Positions 9,159 through 17,064 of a DNA stretch of 64,000 nucleotides are shown here, one piece after another. Position 1 is the first letter of the stretch, and the number at the start of each line of letters is the position of its first letter. Location: the NCBI GenBank assembly GCA_040349255.1, contig JBEQUE010000010.1, positions 68,216-132,215 of the forward strand, read 5' to 3'. The position numbers and the translations under genes were made by a program. Source of the DNA: Acidobacteriota bacterium (lineage in GTDB: Bacteria > Acidobacteriota > Thermoanaerobaculia > Multivoradales > UBA5704). Below the pieces are notes generated by a model. That model had not been told where the DNA came from, did no database searches, and saw only the letters and a program-made list of their open reading frames with translations.

Positions 9159-10373
9159 CTACTTCACAGCCGTCTTGTAGGCCTTCCGGAACGCCTGATA
9201 GGCGGCCTTGAACTGGCCTGACGCCATCAGCGCATCCCCCTGTTCGAGGACCTTCTGGGCTCCTCCGATGCTCTCTCCAGAGGCCTGGATGTTGGCCAGG
9301 GTCCTGGCCACGACCTCGCGCACGAGGTCGAGACGCCCGCACTGGCCTCCCGAGCAGACCGAGCCCGGCGTCAGATACAGCGCCAGAGGAACCGCGTTGT
9401 CGGCCGTGGCCAGATCGGCCTCGATCTGCGTCCGCAGGATGAGGTCTCTCAACTCGTTCTTGTTGGCATTTGCGTTGGCGATGATCGCATCCCGGTTCGC
9501 ATTGTCGTTGGCGATGATCTGGGCGGCTCTGGAGTTGGTGTTGGCGTTGATCTCTGCGGCCCTGGTATCGGTATTGGCGTTGATCAGGTTCCTGTTGGCG
9601 TTGTCATTGGCGATGATCGCTGCCTCGGCCGCGTCGACGTTGCTGTTGATCGCCGCCGTGTTGGAATTGTCGTTCGCGATGCTGGTCTCCAGGTTGGAGT
9701 GGATGTGAGCCAGCCGGTCGTAGCTGCCCTCGATCTCGGCGGAGTCGATATCTCCGTCGCAGAACGCGAGAGCCTGGTTGGCGGCCTTGGCCACGATGTA
9801 GACGGCGTCGGTGACAAGGCAGACCAGCGAGCCGTTCCCCCCTTCTCCCAGAACCACGACGGTCTCGTCACAAGCGCGGCTGGCCTCCTCGCGAACGGTC
9901 TCCGCGACGAACAGGGCCGCCTCGGAAGCTGCCATGACGGCCGAGTCCTGGCGGGTGCTGCCGCAGAACGAATAGGCCGCGGAAGGGAGCTCCTCGCCGC
10001 CCGCCAGCACGGACGCGGTCCTGTTCGAGATACCGCCCTGCGACTGCCGTGCGACGCGCAACCGGAGCTCTTGAGCGCTCGCCTTCATCATCGACAAATC
10101 CGAGATCTCCCGGTCAAGGGCCATGAGATCTTCCGGCGAGGCGCTTTCGATCCGCTTGCGGGCGTTCTCGATCAACGCACGGTTCGAGCTTCCAAGAGGC
10201 GTCATCTCGGCGAGATCCTGATAGGCATCGACCGTCTCGATCAACTCGCCGCGGATCTGCTCGACATCGGAGGCCGAGTGCTCATTCTCCGCCTGCAAGC
10301 CGTTGGCGCAGAGCAGAGCGCCCACGACGGCAAGAGTGATCGCAGCCTGGCGGAATCGGGGGTTGAGGTTCAT
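9159..10373 (-). CDS. Secreted protein of unknown function with seven 11-residue (hendecad) Asn/Ala repeats
   Basis: Signal peptide MNLNPRFRQAAITLAVVGALLCANGLQA. Several Cys. Residues 232-308 form 7 x 11 aa repeats (IANDNSNTAAI NSNVDAAEAAI IANDNANRNLI NANTDTRAAEI NANTNSRAAQI IANDNANRDAI IANANANKNEL). No family recognised. Confidence 0.7.
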   Translation of the reverse strand: MNLNPRFRQAAITLAVVGALLCANGLQAENEHSASDVEQIRGELIETVDAYQDLAEMTPLGSSNRALIENARKRIESASPEDLMALDREISDLSMMKASAQELRLRVARQSQGGISNRTASVLAGGEELPSAAYSFCGSTRQDSAVMAASEAALFVAETVREEASRACDETVVVLGEGGNGSLVCLVTDAVYIVAKAANQALAFCDGDIDSAEIEGSYDRLAHIHSNLETSIANDNSNTAAINSNVDAAEAAIIANDNANRNLINANTDTRAAEINANTNSRAAQIIANDNANRDAIIANANANKNELRDLILRTQIEADLATADNAVPLALYLTPGSVCSGGQCGRLDLVREVVARTLANIQASGESIGGAQKVLEQGDALMASGQFKAAYQAFRKAYKTAVK

Positions 10374-10600
10374 GGCCGCTTCTCCTTATTCGGGCAGCTC
10401 GCGTCATGCGAGGCCTGTTTTCTGAATGGCCCCGCCAGGAGCAAACGACGGGCCATGCCCGAGAGTGTCGATAAGTAGCTGGAATGACAACTGGTTAGAG
10501 GCGTAAAAGAGCCGTGCCGGCCATGCTCTGTCCGGGACTGTCAGAACGCGCCCGGACTGTTCTGACTGTGTCAGCCTGAAACCGGCTTCCGCGTCATCCC

Positions 10601-10860
10601 GATAAGCCCGTTCCGCGCCGGATGACGTTGTTTTCCGGCGGATAAGCCTGTTCCGGGCTGGATAAGCGGACTTCGCCGTCGATAAGCCCGATCCGCGACG
10701 GATAAGCCTGTTCCGGCGTCGATAAGCCGACTTCTCGACGGATAAGCCGACTTCTCGACGGATAAGCCGACTTCGCAACAGATACGGCGAAGCCGCAACG
10801 GATCAGCCGGAGCTGCAATAAATAACGCTGCGTCGCCGCGGATAAGCTCGCTCCGCCTCC
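10601..10860. repeat. Tandem array, 13 units in exact 20-bp register, consensus GATAAGCCnnnTTCnnnnCG
   Basis: Read directly from the sequence: gataagcccgttccgcgccg / gatgacgttgttttccggcg / gataagcctgttccgggctg / gataagcggacttcgccgtc / ... / gataagctcgctccgcctcc. Two identical neighbouring units at 10721-10760. Lies in the divergent intergenic region between 10373 and 10970. Confidence 0.9.
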
Positions 10861-10969
10861 AGCGCGGCCTTCCGTCCTGCCTTGCGGCGATCCCGTGCCT
10901 TTCCGACGAGCCGGAGAATCCGCCGGACATGTCGTCAAGCCGGTCGCGGCATGTTACTCTTCGCCGGCC

Positions 10970-11551
10970 ATGCGTCGCAACCAGAATCTTCTCGACCTCT
11001 TCCTCGAGCTCCAGATCCTCGACCGGGTGCCCAGAAGCGGCTATGTCCTGCGCGGTGTCCACGATCCCGAGAGCGTGACGGAGCACAGTTGGCACGTCCT
11101 CTTCCTGGTCTGGGCCCTGGGCAGCCGCATCGAGGGTATCGACCTCGCCCGCGCCGTCGAGATCGCTCTCGTTCATGACATCGCGGAGCTCCGGGTCGGA
11201 GACCTGCCGCGCACCGCCTCGCACTACTTTCCCGAAGGCGCCAAGAAGTCGGCCGAGCTCGCGGCCATGAGCGACGTCCTGGCCCCGCTTCCCGAGAACG
11301 CCCTCGACCGCTACCGCGAGTACCAGGACGGCGCCAGCCCCGAAGCCCGACTCGTCAAGGCCTGCGACAAGCTCCAGCTCATGCTCAAGGTCGCGGTCTA
11401 CGAGCGCTGGGGCACCGGAGCGCTCGCCGAGTTCTGGGACAACCCGGACAACTTCCCGGACCTCTCCGAGTCCGGCTTCGCGCCCGTCCGCGAGCTCTTC
11501 GAGGAGCTGCGGCGCCGGCACAACGCCAACGCGCTGCACCCGGAGCCCTGA
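10970..11551 (+). CDS. HD-domain phosphohydrolase (YfbR-like 5'-deoxynucleotidase family)
   Basis: RVPRSGY...ESVTEHSWHV...LVHDIAELRVGDL...KACDKLQ matches the H..HD..D metal-binding pattern of YfbR-type HD proteins. ATG at 10970 (MRRNQNLLDLF) chosen over the longer track start. Confidence 0.8.
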   Translation: MRRNQNLLDLFLELQILDRVPRSGYVLRGVHDPESVTEHSWHVLFLVWALGSRIEGIDLARAVEIALVHDIAELRVGDLPRTASHYFPEGAKKSAELAAMSDVLAPLPENALDRYREYQDGASPEARLVKACDKLQLMLKVAVYERWGTGALAEFWDNPDNFPDLSESGFAPVRELFEELRRRHNANALHPEP

Positions 11552-11611
11552 GGCCAAACGTGTTCATCCGTTCTGCTAAGATGAGGGTCATTGACAGTCA
11601 GGAGGCGTCAA

Positions 11612-11833
11612 GTGCCCCAGGTGAGTGCCCGGCTTCCAGAAGAGCTCGTCGAGGAAATGGATCGGGCCGCCGGCAGACTCCAGCGTACCCGGGCGGAGTT
11701 GATTCGCCAGGCGGTCGAATACTTCCTCGACGACTTCGAAGACCTTCAGCTTGGACTGGAGCGGCTCCAGGACCCGTCGGATCCCATTCTGGACTGGGCT
11801 GATGTCAGGCGCGAGCTACTCGGTCAGCATTAA
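11612..11833 (+). CDS. Ribbon-helix-helix (CopG/RelB-like) antitoxin
   Basis: VPQVSARLPEELVEEMDRAAGRLQRTRAELIRQAVEYFL is a typical RHH N-terminus. AGGAGG at 11600-11605 sits 6 nt before GTG 11612. Overlaps the downstream toxin gene by 32 nt. Confidence 0.75.
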   Translation: MPQVSARLPEELVEEMDRAAGRLQRTRAELIRQAVEYFLDDFEDLQLGLERLQDPSDPILDWADVRRELLGQH

Positions 11834-12065
11834 GGCGAGTGCCGCGAAATCGCTGAGCCGGATTCCCAAACCGGACCGGCAGCGTCTGGTCGAGGCGATC
11901 GACCGGCTCAGCGAGGAGCCTCTTGCCGGAGGCGTCCTCAAGGGCGAGTTCTCCGGACTGCGGCGCCTCCGGGTCGGAGTCTACCGAGTCGTCTACGAGG
12001 TGGTTCACGAGACGGTCACGGTTCTGGTGGTTCGAATCGGCCACCGCCGTGAAGTCTACCGCTGA
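11802..12065 (+). CDS. RelE/ParE-family toxin
   Basis: MSGASYSVSIKASAAKSLSRIPKPDRQRLVEAIDRLSEEPLAGGVLKGEFSGLRRLRVGVYRVVYEVVHETVTVLVVRIGHRREVY is a characteristic RelE/ParE fold signature (RxRVGDYRxxY...V..IGHR-like). ATG at 11802 lies within ORF 11751..12065. Confidence 0.8.
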   Translation: MSGASYSVSIKASAAKSLSRIPKPDRQRLVEAIDRLSEEPLAGGVLKGEFSGLRRLRVGVYRVVYEVVHETVTVLVVRIGHRREVYR

Positions 12066-12092
12066 CTCAAGAGCCTTCCAGCTTCGCCAGCC

Positions 12093-12704
12093 CTACTCGT
12101 CCACCTCGATCCCCCGCCGGCCCATCACCCTCTTGAGACGGTCGTAGAGGTTCTGCCCGAGGAGCGACTGCGCGGTCTCCGAGATGTCCTTCAGGACCAC
12201 GCGCAGGTCCTCGGCGCCGCTCCAGTGCTTGCGGGCGTAGGGCTCCAGGTCTCCGCCGAAGGCCTGCGACAGCACGGCCACGGCCAGGACCAGGTCGTCC
12301 AGGAAGCCCGCGCCGCCCAGGATCATCTCGGGCAGCAGGTCGGCCGGCAGGACGAAGTAGGCCAGCGCTCCGCCGATCATCGCCCGGGTGCCCCCGGGGA
12401 CGTTCTTGTCCAGGGCCAGCCGGACCAGCAGGATGAAGACGTCCGGCACCAGCAGCAGCGCGCGGACCGCGCCGTCGCCCAGCTTGCCGCCCCGCTTCTC
12501 CACCGCGTGGATGATCCGCTCGCGCAACCGGTCGTAGAACGACAGGAGGCCCTTGCTCGGCAGCTCCTCGTCGCTCGCGAAGGCATATTCGGAGTCGCGC
12601 TCGGCGCGCGCCGAGTCGAAATTCTCCAGGTCTTCCGCCACCGCCGTGGACAGCTCGTCCGACAGCGGGCGGCTCAGGGGCTCTTTGGTGGTCTCGTCGG
12701 CCAT
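12093..12704 (-). CDS. DUF1232 (YkvA-like) membrane protein
   Basis: Core LLLVPDVFILLVRLALDKNVPGGTRAMIGGALAYFVLPADLLPEMILGGAGFLDDLVLAV matches DUF1232 by eye. ATG 12704 with a GGGAGA RBS chosen over 12734. Confidence 0.65.
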   Translation of the reverse strand: MADETTKEPLSRPLSDELSTAVAEDLENFDSARAERDSEYAFASDEELPSKGLLSFYDRLRERIIHAVEKRGGKLGDGAVRALLLVPDVFILLVRLALDKNVPGGTRAMIGGALAYFVLPADLLPEMILGGAGFLDDLVLAVAVLSQAFGGDLEPYARKHWSGAEDLRVVLKDISETAQSLLGQNLYDRLKRVMGRRGIEVDE

Positions 12705-12756
12705 GGTTCTCCCTTCACGCGGTATCCCGTTCAAAATCCGTTCAAGCCGCGTGCCA

Positions 12757-13752
12757 CTAGAGAATATACGCCAGGGCGAACCCCACCTGACCCGCCATCA
12801 TGATCAGGTACATGTGCTTCCACGAAGGGTGGTTCTCCGTCTCCGTCAGCGAGTTCGGGTCGCGCAGCAGAAGATAGACGGTGTAGAGACCCCAGACCGT
12901 GAACAGCACGCCGAGCGCCACCAGGAGCCACGGGTTGCCGGTCAGAATGGCATGTTCCGGGTTCTGCGGGTCCTTCACAAAGGCCCCCAGCGGCATCAGC
13001 AGCCACGGGAACACGAAGAACGGACTGATCATCAGCGCCGATTTCTTCACTCCGTAGAGGATCGGCAGCGTCTTGCAGCCGCCGGCCCGGTCGCCCTCCA
13101 TGTCCGCGAAGTCCTTCGTGGACGCCGCGCCGAGGAGATAAAGGCCGAAGATCGAGCCGATGAACCACGGCTCGGTGTAGCCGATCCCCGCCACCATGGC
13201 CCAGCCCGCCACCTTGAGCAGCACGCCGCGCGGCACCGCGATCGTGAAGTTCGCCAGCATCCCGCGGATCTTCGTCCGGCCCAGCTCCGGCGCCGAGTAG
13301 ACGAAGGTCGCGATCATCCCGGCCAGGTAGATGAAGAAGGTCGCGTGCTCCGACACCGGCGCGGTCAGCTTCTGCCCCAGGGTGTCGTACGGGTGCGGCA
13401 CCACGAGCCAGGTCGGGATGAGCGCCAGCGCGTAGAGGATCCAGCTCAGCACCCAGACCTCGCGCACCGACAGCTCGCCGGTCACCAGCGGCCGGGTCGG
13501 CTTGTTCACCCGGTCGATCTCCAGGTCGTAGATCTGGTTGATCGCGTTCGACGCCGCGTTCATGAAGCTGGCGCAGAGCGAGCCCAGGATGACCGTGAGG
13601 ATGACGGAGAGCGTGATCTGCCGGTTCGGGTCCGGGTTGTGGACCGAGCCGAAGGCGCAGATCGCGCCCGAGACGATGCCGAGCAGCGGCGGCAGCAGGG
13701 TGAACGGCCGGACGAGCTGCAGGTAGAGGCTGGTTTTTGATCGGGTGGTCAT
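12757..13752 (-). CDS. UbiA-superfamily prenyltransferase (DGGGP-synthase / chlorophyll-synthase-like subgroup)
   Basis: MTTRSKTSLYLQLVRPFTLLPP... with the Asp-rich motif NAINQIYDLEIDRVNKPTRPLVTGELS and about 8 TM helices. True ATG at 13752 overlaps the upstream stop (ATGA). The 750-aa track ORF is an artefactual N-terminal extension. Confidence 0.85.
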   Translation of the reverse strand: MTTRSKTSLYLQLVRPFTLLPPLLGIVSGAICAFGSVHNPDPNRQITLSVILTVILGSLCASFMNAASNAINQIYDLEIDRVNKPTRPLVTGELSVREVWVLSWILYALALIPTWLVVPHPYDTLGQKLTAPVSEHATFFIYLAGMIATFVYSAPELGRTKIRGMLANFTIAVPRGVLLKVAGWAMVAGIGYTEPWFIGSIFGLYLLGAASTKDFADMEGDRAGGCKTLPILYGVKKSALMISPFFVFPWLLMPLGAFVKDPQNPEHAILTGNPWLLVALGVLFTVWGLYTVYLLLRDPNSLTETENHPSWKHMYLIMMAGQVGFALAYIL

Positions 13753-15098
13753 ACGATCCAGGGGGTGAAGATCACCGCGACGAGCGCGCCGACCAGGGTG
13801 TTGAGGAAGTTCAGCGCCTCGTTGTCGAGGAGCTGGCGCTTTTCGAGCGCCGCGCCCACGAGGCTCTCGAAGGTGGTGCCCACGAAGGCCGCCACCACGA
13901 TCGGCAGCACGCCGATCCACGGATAGAGCCCGACCAGCGCGCCGAGCCCGGCGATCACGGCAGAGGCGATCACGCCGGCCAGCGTCCCCTCGACCGACAC
14001 CGCGCCCTCGGTGCCGCGCGGCACCGGCTTGAAGTTGGTCAGGAGGAACGTGCGCCGGCCGAGCACCTGGCCGATCTCGCTCGACGAGGTGTCCGCCGCG
14101 GCTGTGGCGAAGGCGCCGGCGAAGGCCATGCCGAAGAGGACCGGGTGATCGGTCAGAGCGGCGAACACCGCGCAGGCCGTGGCCACGCCGGCATTGGCGA
14201 GCGCGTGGCGGGCCCCGCGCCGGCCGCCCCCCTCCTGCGCGATCTTCGCCGCGGCCTTGCTCTTGTAGCCGAACTTGGTGCAGGCGCTGCCGATCACGAA
14301 GAAGGAGAGGAGCAGCAGGTAGCCGCGCCAGTCCAGGAAGGCGTAGATCGTGAACCCGACCAGGAAGCCCACCACCACGCCGGACGTGTCGACCGTCCTC
14401 GCCTTGAAGGCCGCGCCGGCCAGCGCCGCGTTGACGACCACGGCCATCAGCAGCCGGAAGGCGAGACCGTCGGTCGCCAGGAACGGGCCCCAGTGACCCT
14501 GGGTCAGCACCAGGCCGAGCAGGAAGAGGCCCGAGACGAGCGGCACGCCGATGTTGTCGTCGAGCCCCTGCGGCAGCGATTCGAGCGCCGCCGCCACCAG
14601 CGCCGCGGCGAACGCGACGGCGAAGGCAAAGGGCCATGAGTATTCGCCAGGCGTCCAGCGAGCGGTCCACACCAGGAGCGCCGCCGCTGCGAAGCCTCCG
14701 AAGAAGACATAGGCGAGGCTGCCCATCCAGCTCTTCCTCGGGTTCCACGGCAGCTTGCGGCGGCCGAGCGTCATGCCCGCGACCGAGGCCATGCCGTCGC
14801 CGAACGCCAGGATGCCCCAGGTGGCCGCGGCCACCTCCAGCTTCTTGAAGAAGACCAGGATGAGGATGAGCACGGCGAGCGGGTAGAGCACGATGCCGAG
14901 CGAGGAGCCGGCGGCGTGCTCGTGGTCGCGATAGAGGCGCCGGCCGCCGATGCGCGGAAACAGGAACAGGTTGAAGGCCAGCGCCGAGGCCGCCAGCACC
15001 GCGGACCACAGCGGACCGAGCCAGCCGACCGCGAAGGCGAACAGCCCCATGCTCATGTGGGTCACCTTGCGCAGCAGCTCGTTGCCGGTCAGCGCCAT
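13749..15098 (-). CDS. Fusion protein: CTP-dependent polyprenol/phytol-kinase-like domain (N) + DUF92/TMEM19 (VTE6-like) domain (C)
   Basis: N-terminal motif FGDGMASVAGMTLGRRKLPWNPRKSWMGSLAY (dolichol/phytol kinase family). C-terminal motif AAADTSSSEIGQVLGRRTFLLTNFKPVPRGTEGAVSVEGTLAG (DUF92). Polytopic membrane protein. ATG 15098 (MALTGNELL) overlaps the upstream gene by 10 nt. Confidence 0.7.
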   Translation of the reverse strand: MALTGNELLRKVTHMSMGLFAFAVGWLGPLWSAVLAASALAFNLFLFPRIGGRRLYRDHEHAAGSSLGIVLYPLAVLILILVFFKKLEVAAATWGILAFGDGMASVAGMTLGRRKLPWNPRKSWMGSLAYVFFGGFAAAALLVWTARWTPGEYSWPFAFAVAFAAALVAAALESLPQGLDDNIGVPLVSGLFLLGLVLTQGHWGPFLATDGLAFRLLMAVVVNAALAGAAFKARTVDTSGVVVGFLVGFTIYAFLDWRGYLLLLSFFVIGSACTKFGYKSKAAAKIAQEGGGRRGARHALANAGVATACAVFAALTDHPVLFGMAFAGAFATAAADTSSSEIGQVLGRRTFLLTNFKPVPRGTEGAVSVEGTLAGVIASAVIAGLGALVGLYPWIGVLPIVVAAFVGTTFESLVGAALEKRQLLDNEALNFLNTLVGALVAVIFTPWIV

Positions 15099-16096
15099 TG
15101 GCCGCTCTCCTTGAGCCAGGCCAGCGTCTCGGCGAGCCCCTGCGCGAACGGCCGCGGGGCGTAGCCCAGCTCCCGCTCGGCGCGGTCCGAGCAATAGGCC
15201 CAGTCGTGCCGGTAGATCTCCACCAGGTCCGGGGTGAGCTTCGGCGTGCCGCCGGTGAGACGCGCCCAGCCCTTCTGCAGCGCGCCGGCCGTCTTCGCGA
15301 CCCCGTCCGGGATGCGCCGCTTCGGCACGGGCACGCCGGTCTGCTTCTCGACCAGGGCGTAGAAGTCGCCGAGCCGCACGTTCTCGCCGCCGAGCACGTA
15401 GCGCCCGCCGGCCGGAGCCTTTTCGAGCGCGAGCGCCACGCCGCGTGCCACGTCGCCGACGAAGGCGTAGTTCCAGCGCCGGTCCGGCGAGCCGATCAGG
15501 CCCGGCAGCTTCCGGCGGATGAGGTCGAGGATGTGATGGACGACGATGTTGCCCTCGGTCATCTCGCCCGGACCGTAGATGACGCCCGGGTAGACCACGT
15601 TGAGCGGCGCGCCTTCCGCGATCGCCCGGCGGGCGCGGCGGTCGGCGAGCGCCTTGGTGCGCTCGTAGTCGTTGATCCAGTTCCGATCCTGAATGTCGGC
15701 CGTCTCGTCGAGCAGGCCGCCCGGGCCTTTCTCCGTCGGGCCGAGCGCGATGAAGCTGGAGACGTAGACCACCTTGGAGACCGAGCCGGACTCCTCGGCG
15801 GCGCGCAGGACGTTCTCGAGGCCGCCCAGGTTGATGCGGTCGAAGTCGGCCGGCGGCGCCAGGATCTTGACCAATGCTGCGGCGTGGACGACGGCGTCGC
15901 AGCCGGCCGCGGCCCGGTCCAGGCTGGCGCGGTCGGTGACGTCGCCCTGCGCGAAGTCGATGATCGCCGGGGGGGCCGGGAAGCGCTCGCGGGATGCCGT
16001 GGGCCGGACGAGGAGGCGCACCTCGTGCTTCTGCGCGAGCTCGGAGACGATACGCCGCCCGAGGAATCCGGTGCCGCCGGTGACGAGGACCTTCAT
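15089..16096 (-). CDS. Extended-SDR NAD-dependent epimerase/reductase (HpnA / dihydroflavonol-reductase-like)
   Basis: MKVLVTGGTGFLGRRIV Rossmann motif and YERTK catalytic YxxxK. Length and C-terminal region resemble HpnA-type sugar epimerases. Confidence 0.8.
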   Translation of the reverse strand: MKVLVTGGTGFLGRRIVSELAQKHEVRLLVRPTASRERFPAPPAIIDFAQGDVTDRASLDRAAAGCDAVVHAAALVKILAPPADFDRINLGGLENVLRAAEESGSVSKVVYVSSFIALGPTEKGPGGLLDETADIQDRNWINDYERTKALADRRARRAIAEGAPLNVVYPGVIYGPGEMTEGNIVVHHILDLIRRKLPGLIGSPDRRWNYAFVGDVARGVALALEKAPAGGRYVLGGENVRLGDFYALVEKQTGVPVPKRRIPDGVAKTAGALQKGWARLTGGTPKLTPDLVEIYRHDWAYCSDRAERELGYAPRPFAQGLAETLAWLKESGQWR

Positions 16097-16111
16097 GATG
16101 GACTGCGGAGT

Positions 16112-17053
16112 TTAGCAGGCCCGGGCCTGCGCTTGGGCCTGAAGGTCTCTCCAGAGGTCGAGGAGCGCCTCGTCGAGCGTCCGCCGCGGCTCCCAGCCCA
16201 GGCGGCGCAGACGGTGGGAGTCGCCGAGCAGGAGAGGGAGGTCCACCGGCCGCATCCGCTCGGCCTCCTGGCGCACCTCGGCGCGCACGCCGGAGACGGC
16301 CATGAGCCGCTCCAGCGCCTCGGCGATCGAGGAGGCCCGGCCGCCCGCGATGTTGTAGACGTGGCCGGGATGGCCCCGTTCGGCCAGGACGCGGAAGGCC
16401 TCGGCGCCGTCGTCCACGTGGACGAAGTCGCGCCGCGCCGAGAGGTTGCCGACCCGGAGGACCGGCTCGGTTGTTCCCGAATTATCGCCGGCAATACTGG
16501 CGATACTGGCGAGCTGAGCGGCGAAGGACGGCATGGCAAACGTCGGCGTCTGCCCCGGTCCGATCAGGTTGAAAGACCGGGCCACGACCGCGCCGCGCTG
16601 GAGCGCGAGCCGCTCGGCCGCGGCTTTCGTGAGGGCGTAGGGGCTGCGCGGATCGACCGGCCTCTCCTCGGAGATCGGCTGCTCGTCCTCGGGCACCGGA
16701 CCGTAGACCTCGGCGCTCGACGCGACCACGACCGGCCGCCCGCCCGCGGCGTCGAGGAGGTTCTCGGTGCCGATCACGTTGACCTGGAAGTATTCGCCGG
16801 GCCTCTTCCAGGACTCGCCCACGTGGGAAAGGCCGGCGAGGTTGACGATCGCGTCGGGCGAGGACAGGCGGACCGCCTTCTCCAGCGAGGCCGGATCGAG
16901 CAGGTCCGCGTGGTACAGGTCGACGCCTTCCTCCAGATTCGGCCGCGGCGTGCTTTCGAGCCACGTGCCGCTCACCCGGTGCCCGGTTTCGAGCAGGTGC
17001 CGGGCGAGCCGCGGGCCGACGAAGCCCCCTATACCGGTGATGAGGACGTGCAT
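16112..17053 (-). CDS. Extended-SDR NAD-dependent epimerase/dehydratase (GDP-4-keto-6-deoxymannose reductase-like)
   Basis: MHVLITGIGGFVGPRLARHL and YALTK (YxxxK). ATG at 17053 lies within the over-long ORF 16112..18376. 11-nt gap to the upstream gene. Confidence 0.75.
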   Translation of the reverse strand: MHVLITGIGGFVGPRLARHLLETGHRVSGTWLESTPRPNLEEGVDLYHADLLDPASLEKAVRLSSPDAIVNLAGLSHVGESWKRPGEYFQVNVIGTENLLDAAGGRPVVVASSAEVYGPVPEDEQPISEERPVDPRSPYALTKAAAERLALQRGAVVARSFNLIGPGQTPTFAMPSFAAQLASIASIAGDNSGTTEPVLRVGNLSARRDFVHVDDGAEAFRVLAERGHPGHVYNIAGGRASSIAEALERLMAVSGVRAEVRQEAERMRPVDLPLLLGDSHRLRRLGWEPRRTLDEALLDLWRDLQAQAQARAC

Positions 17054-17064
17054 GGCGCCGGGAA

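Noticed and set aside
10404-10938. ORFs 10404..10778(-), 10594..10938(-) and part of 10571..11557(-) with LIRR-repeat translations
   Set aside because: These are artefacts of the 20-bp array (period not divisible by 3). 10571..11557(-) is also antisense to the HD-domain gene.
12757-15009. 750-aa ORF that would fuse the UbiA gene to a long N-terminal extension. Similar over-long track starts occur at 16112..18376, 17065..18243, 23829..26513, 26189..27451, 30978..33743, 44210..47662 and 53684..55600.
   Set aside because: The extensions are Arg/Gly/Pro-rich and overlap the real upstream genes in another frame. Internal ATG/GTG starts with an RBS or ATGA coupling give proteins that begin exactly where family homology begins.
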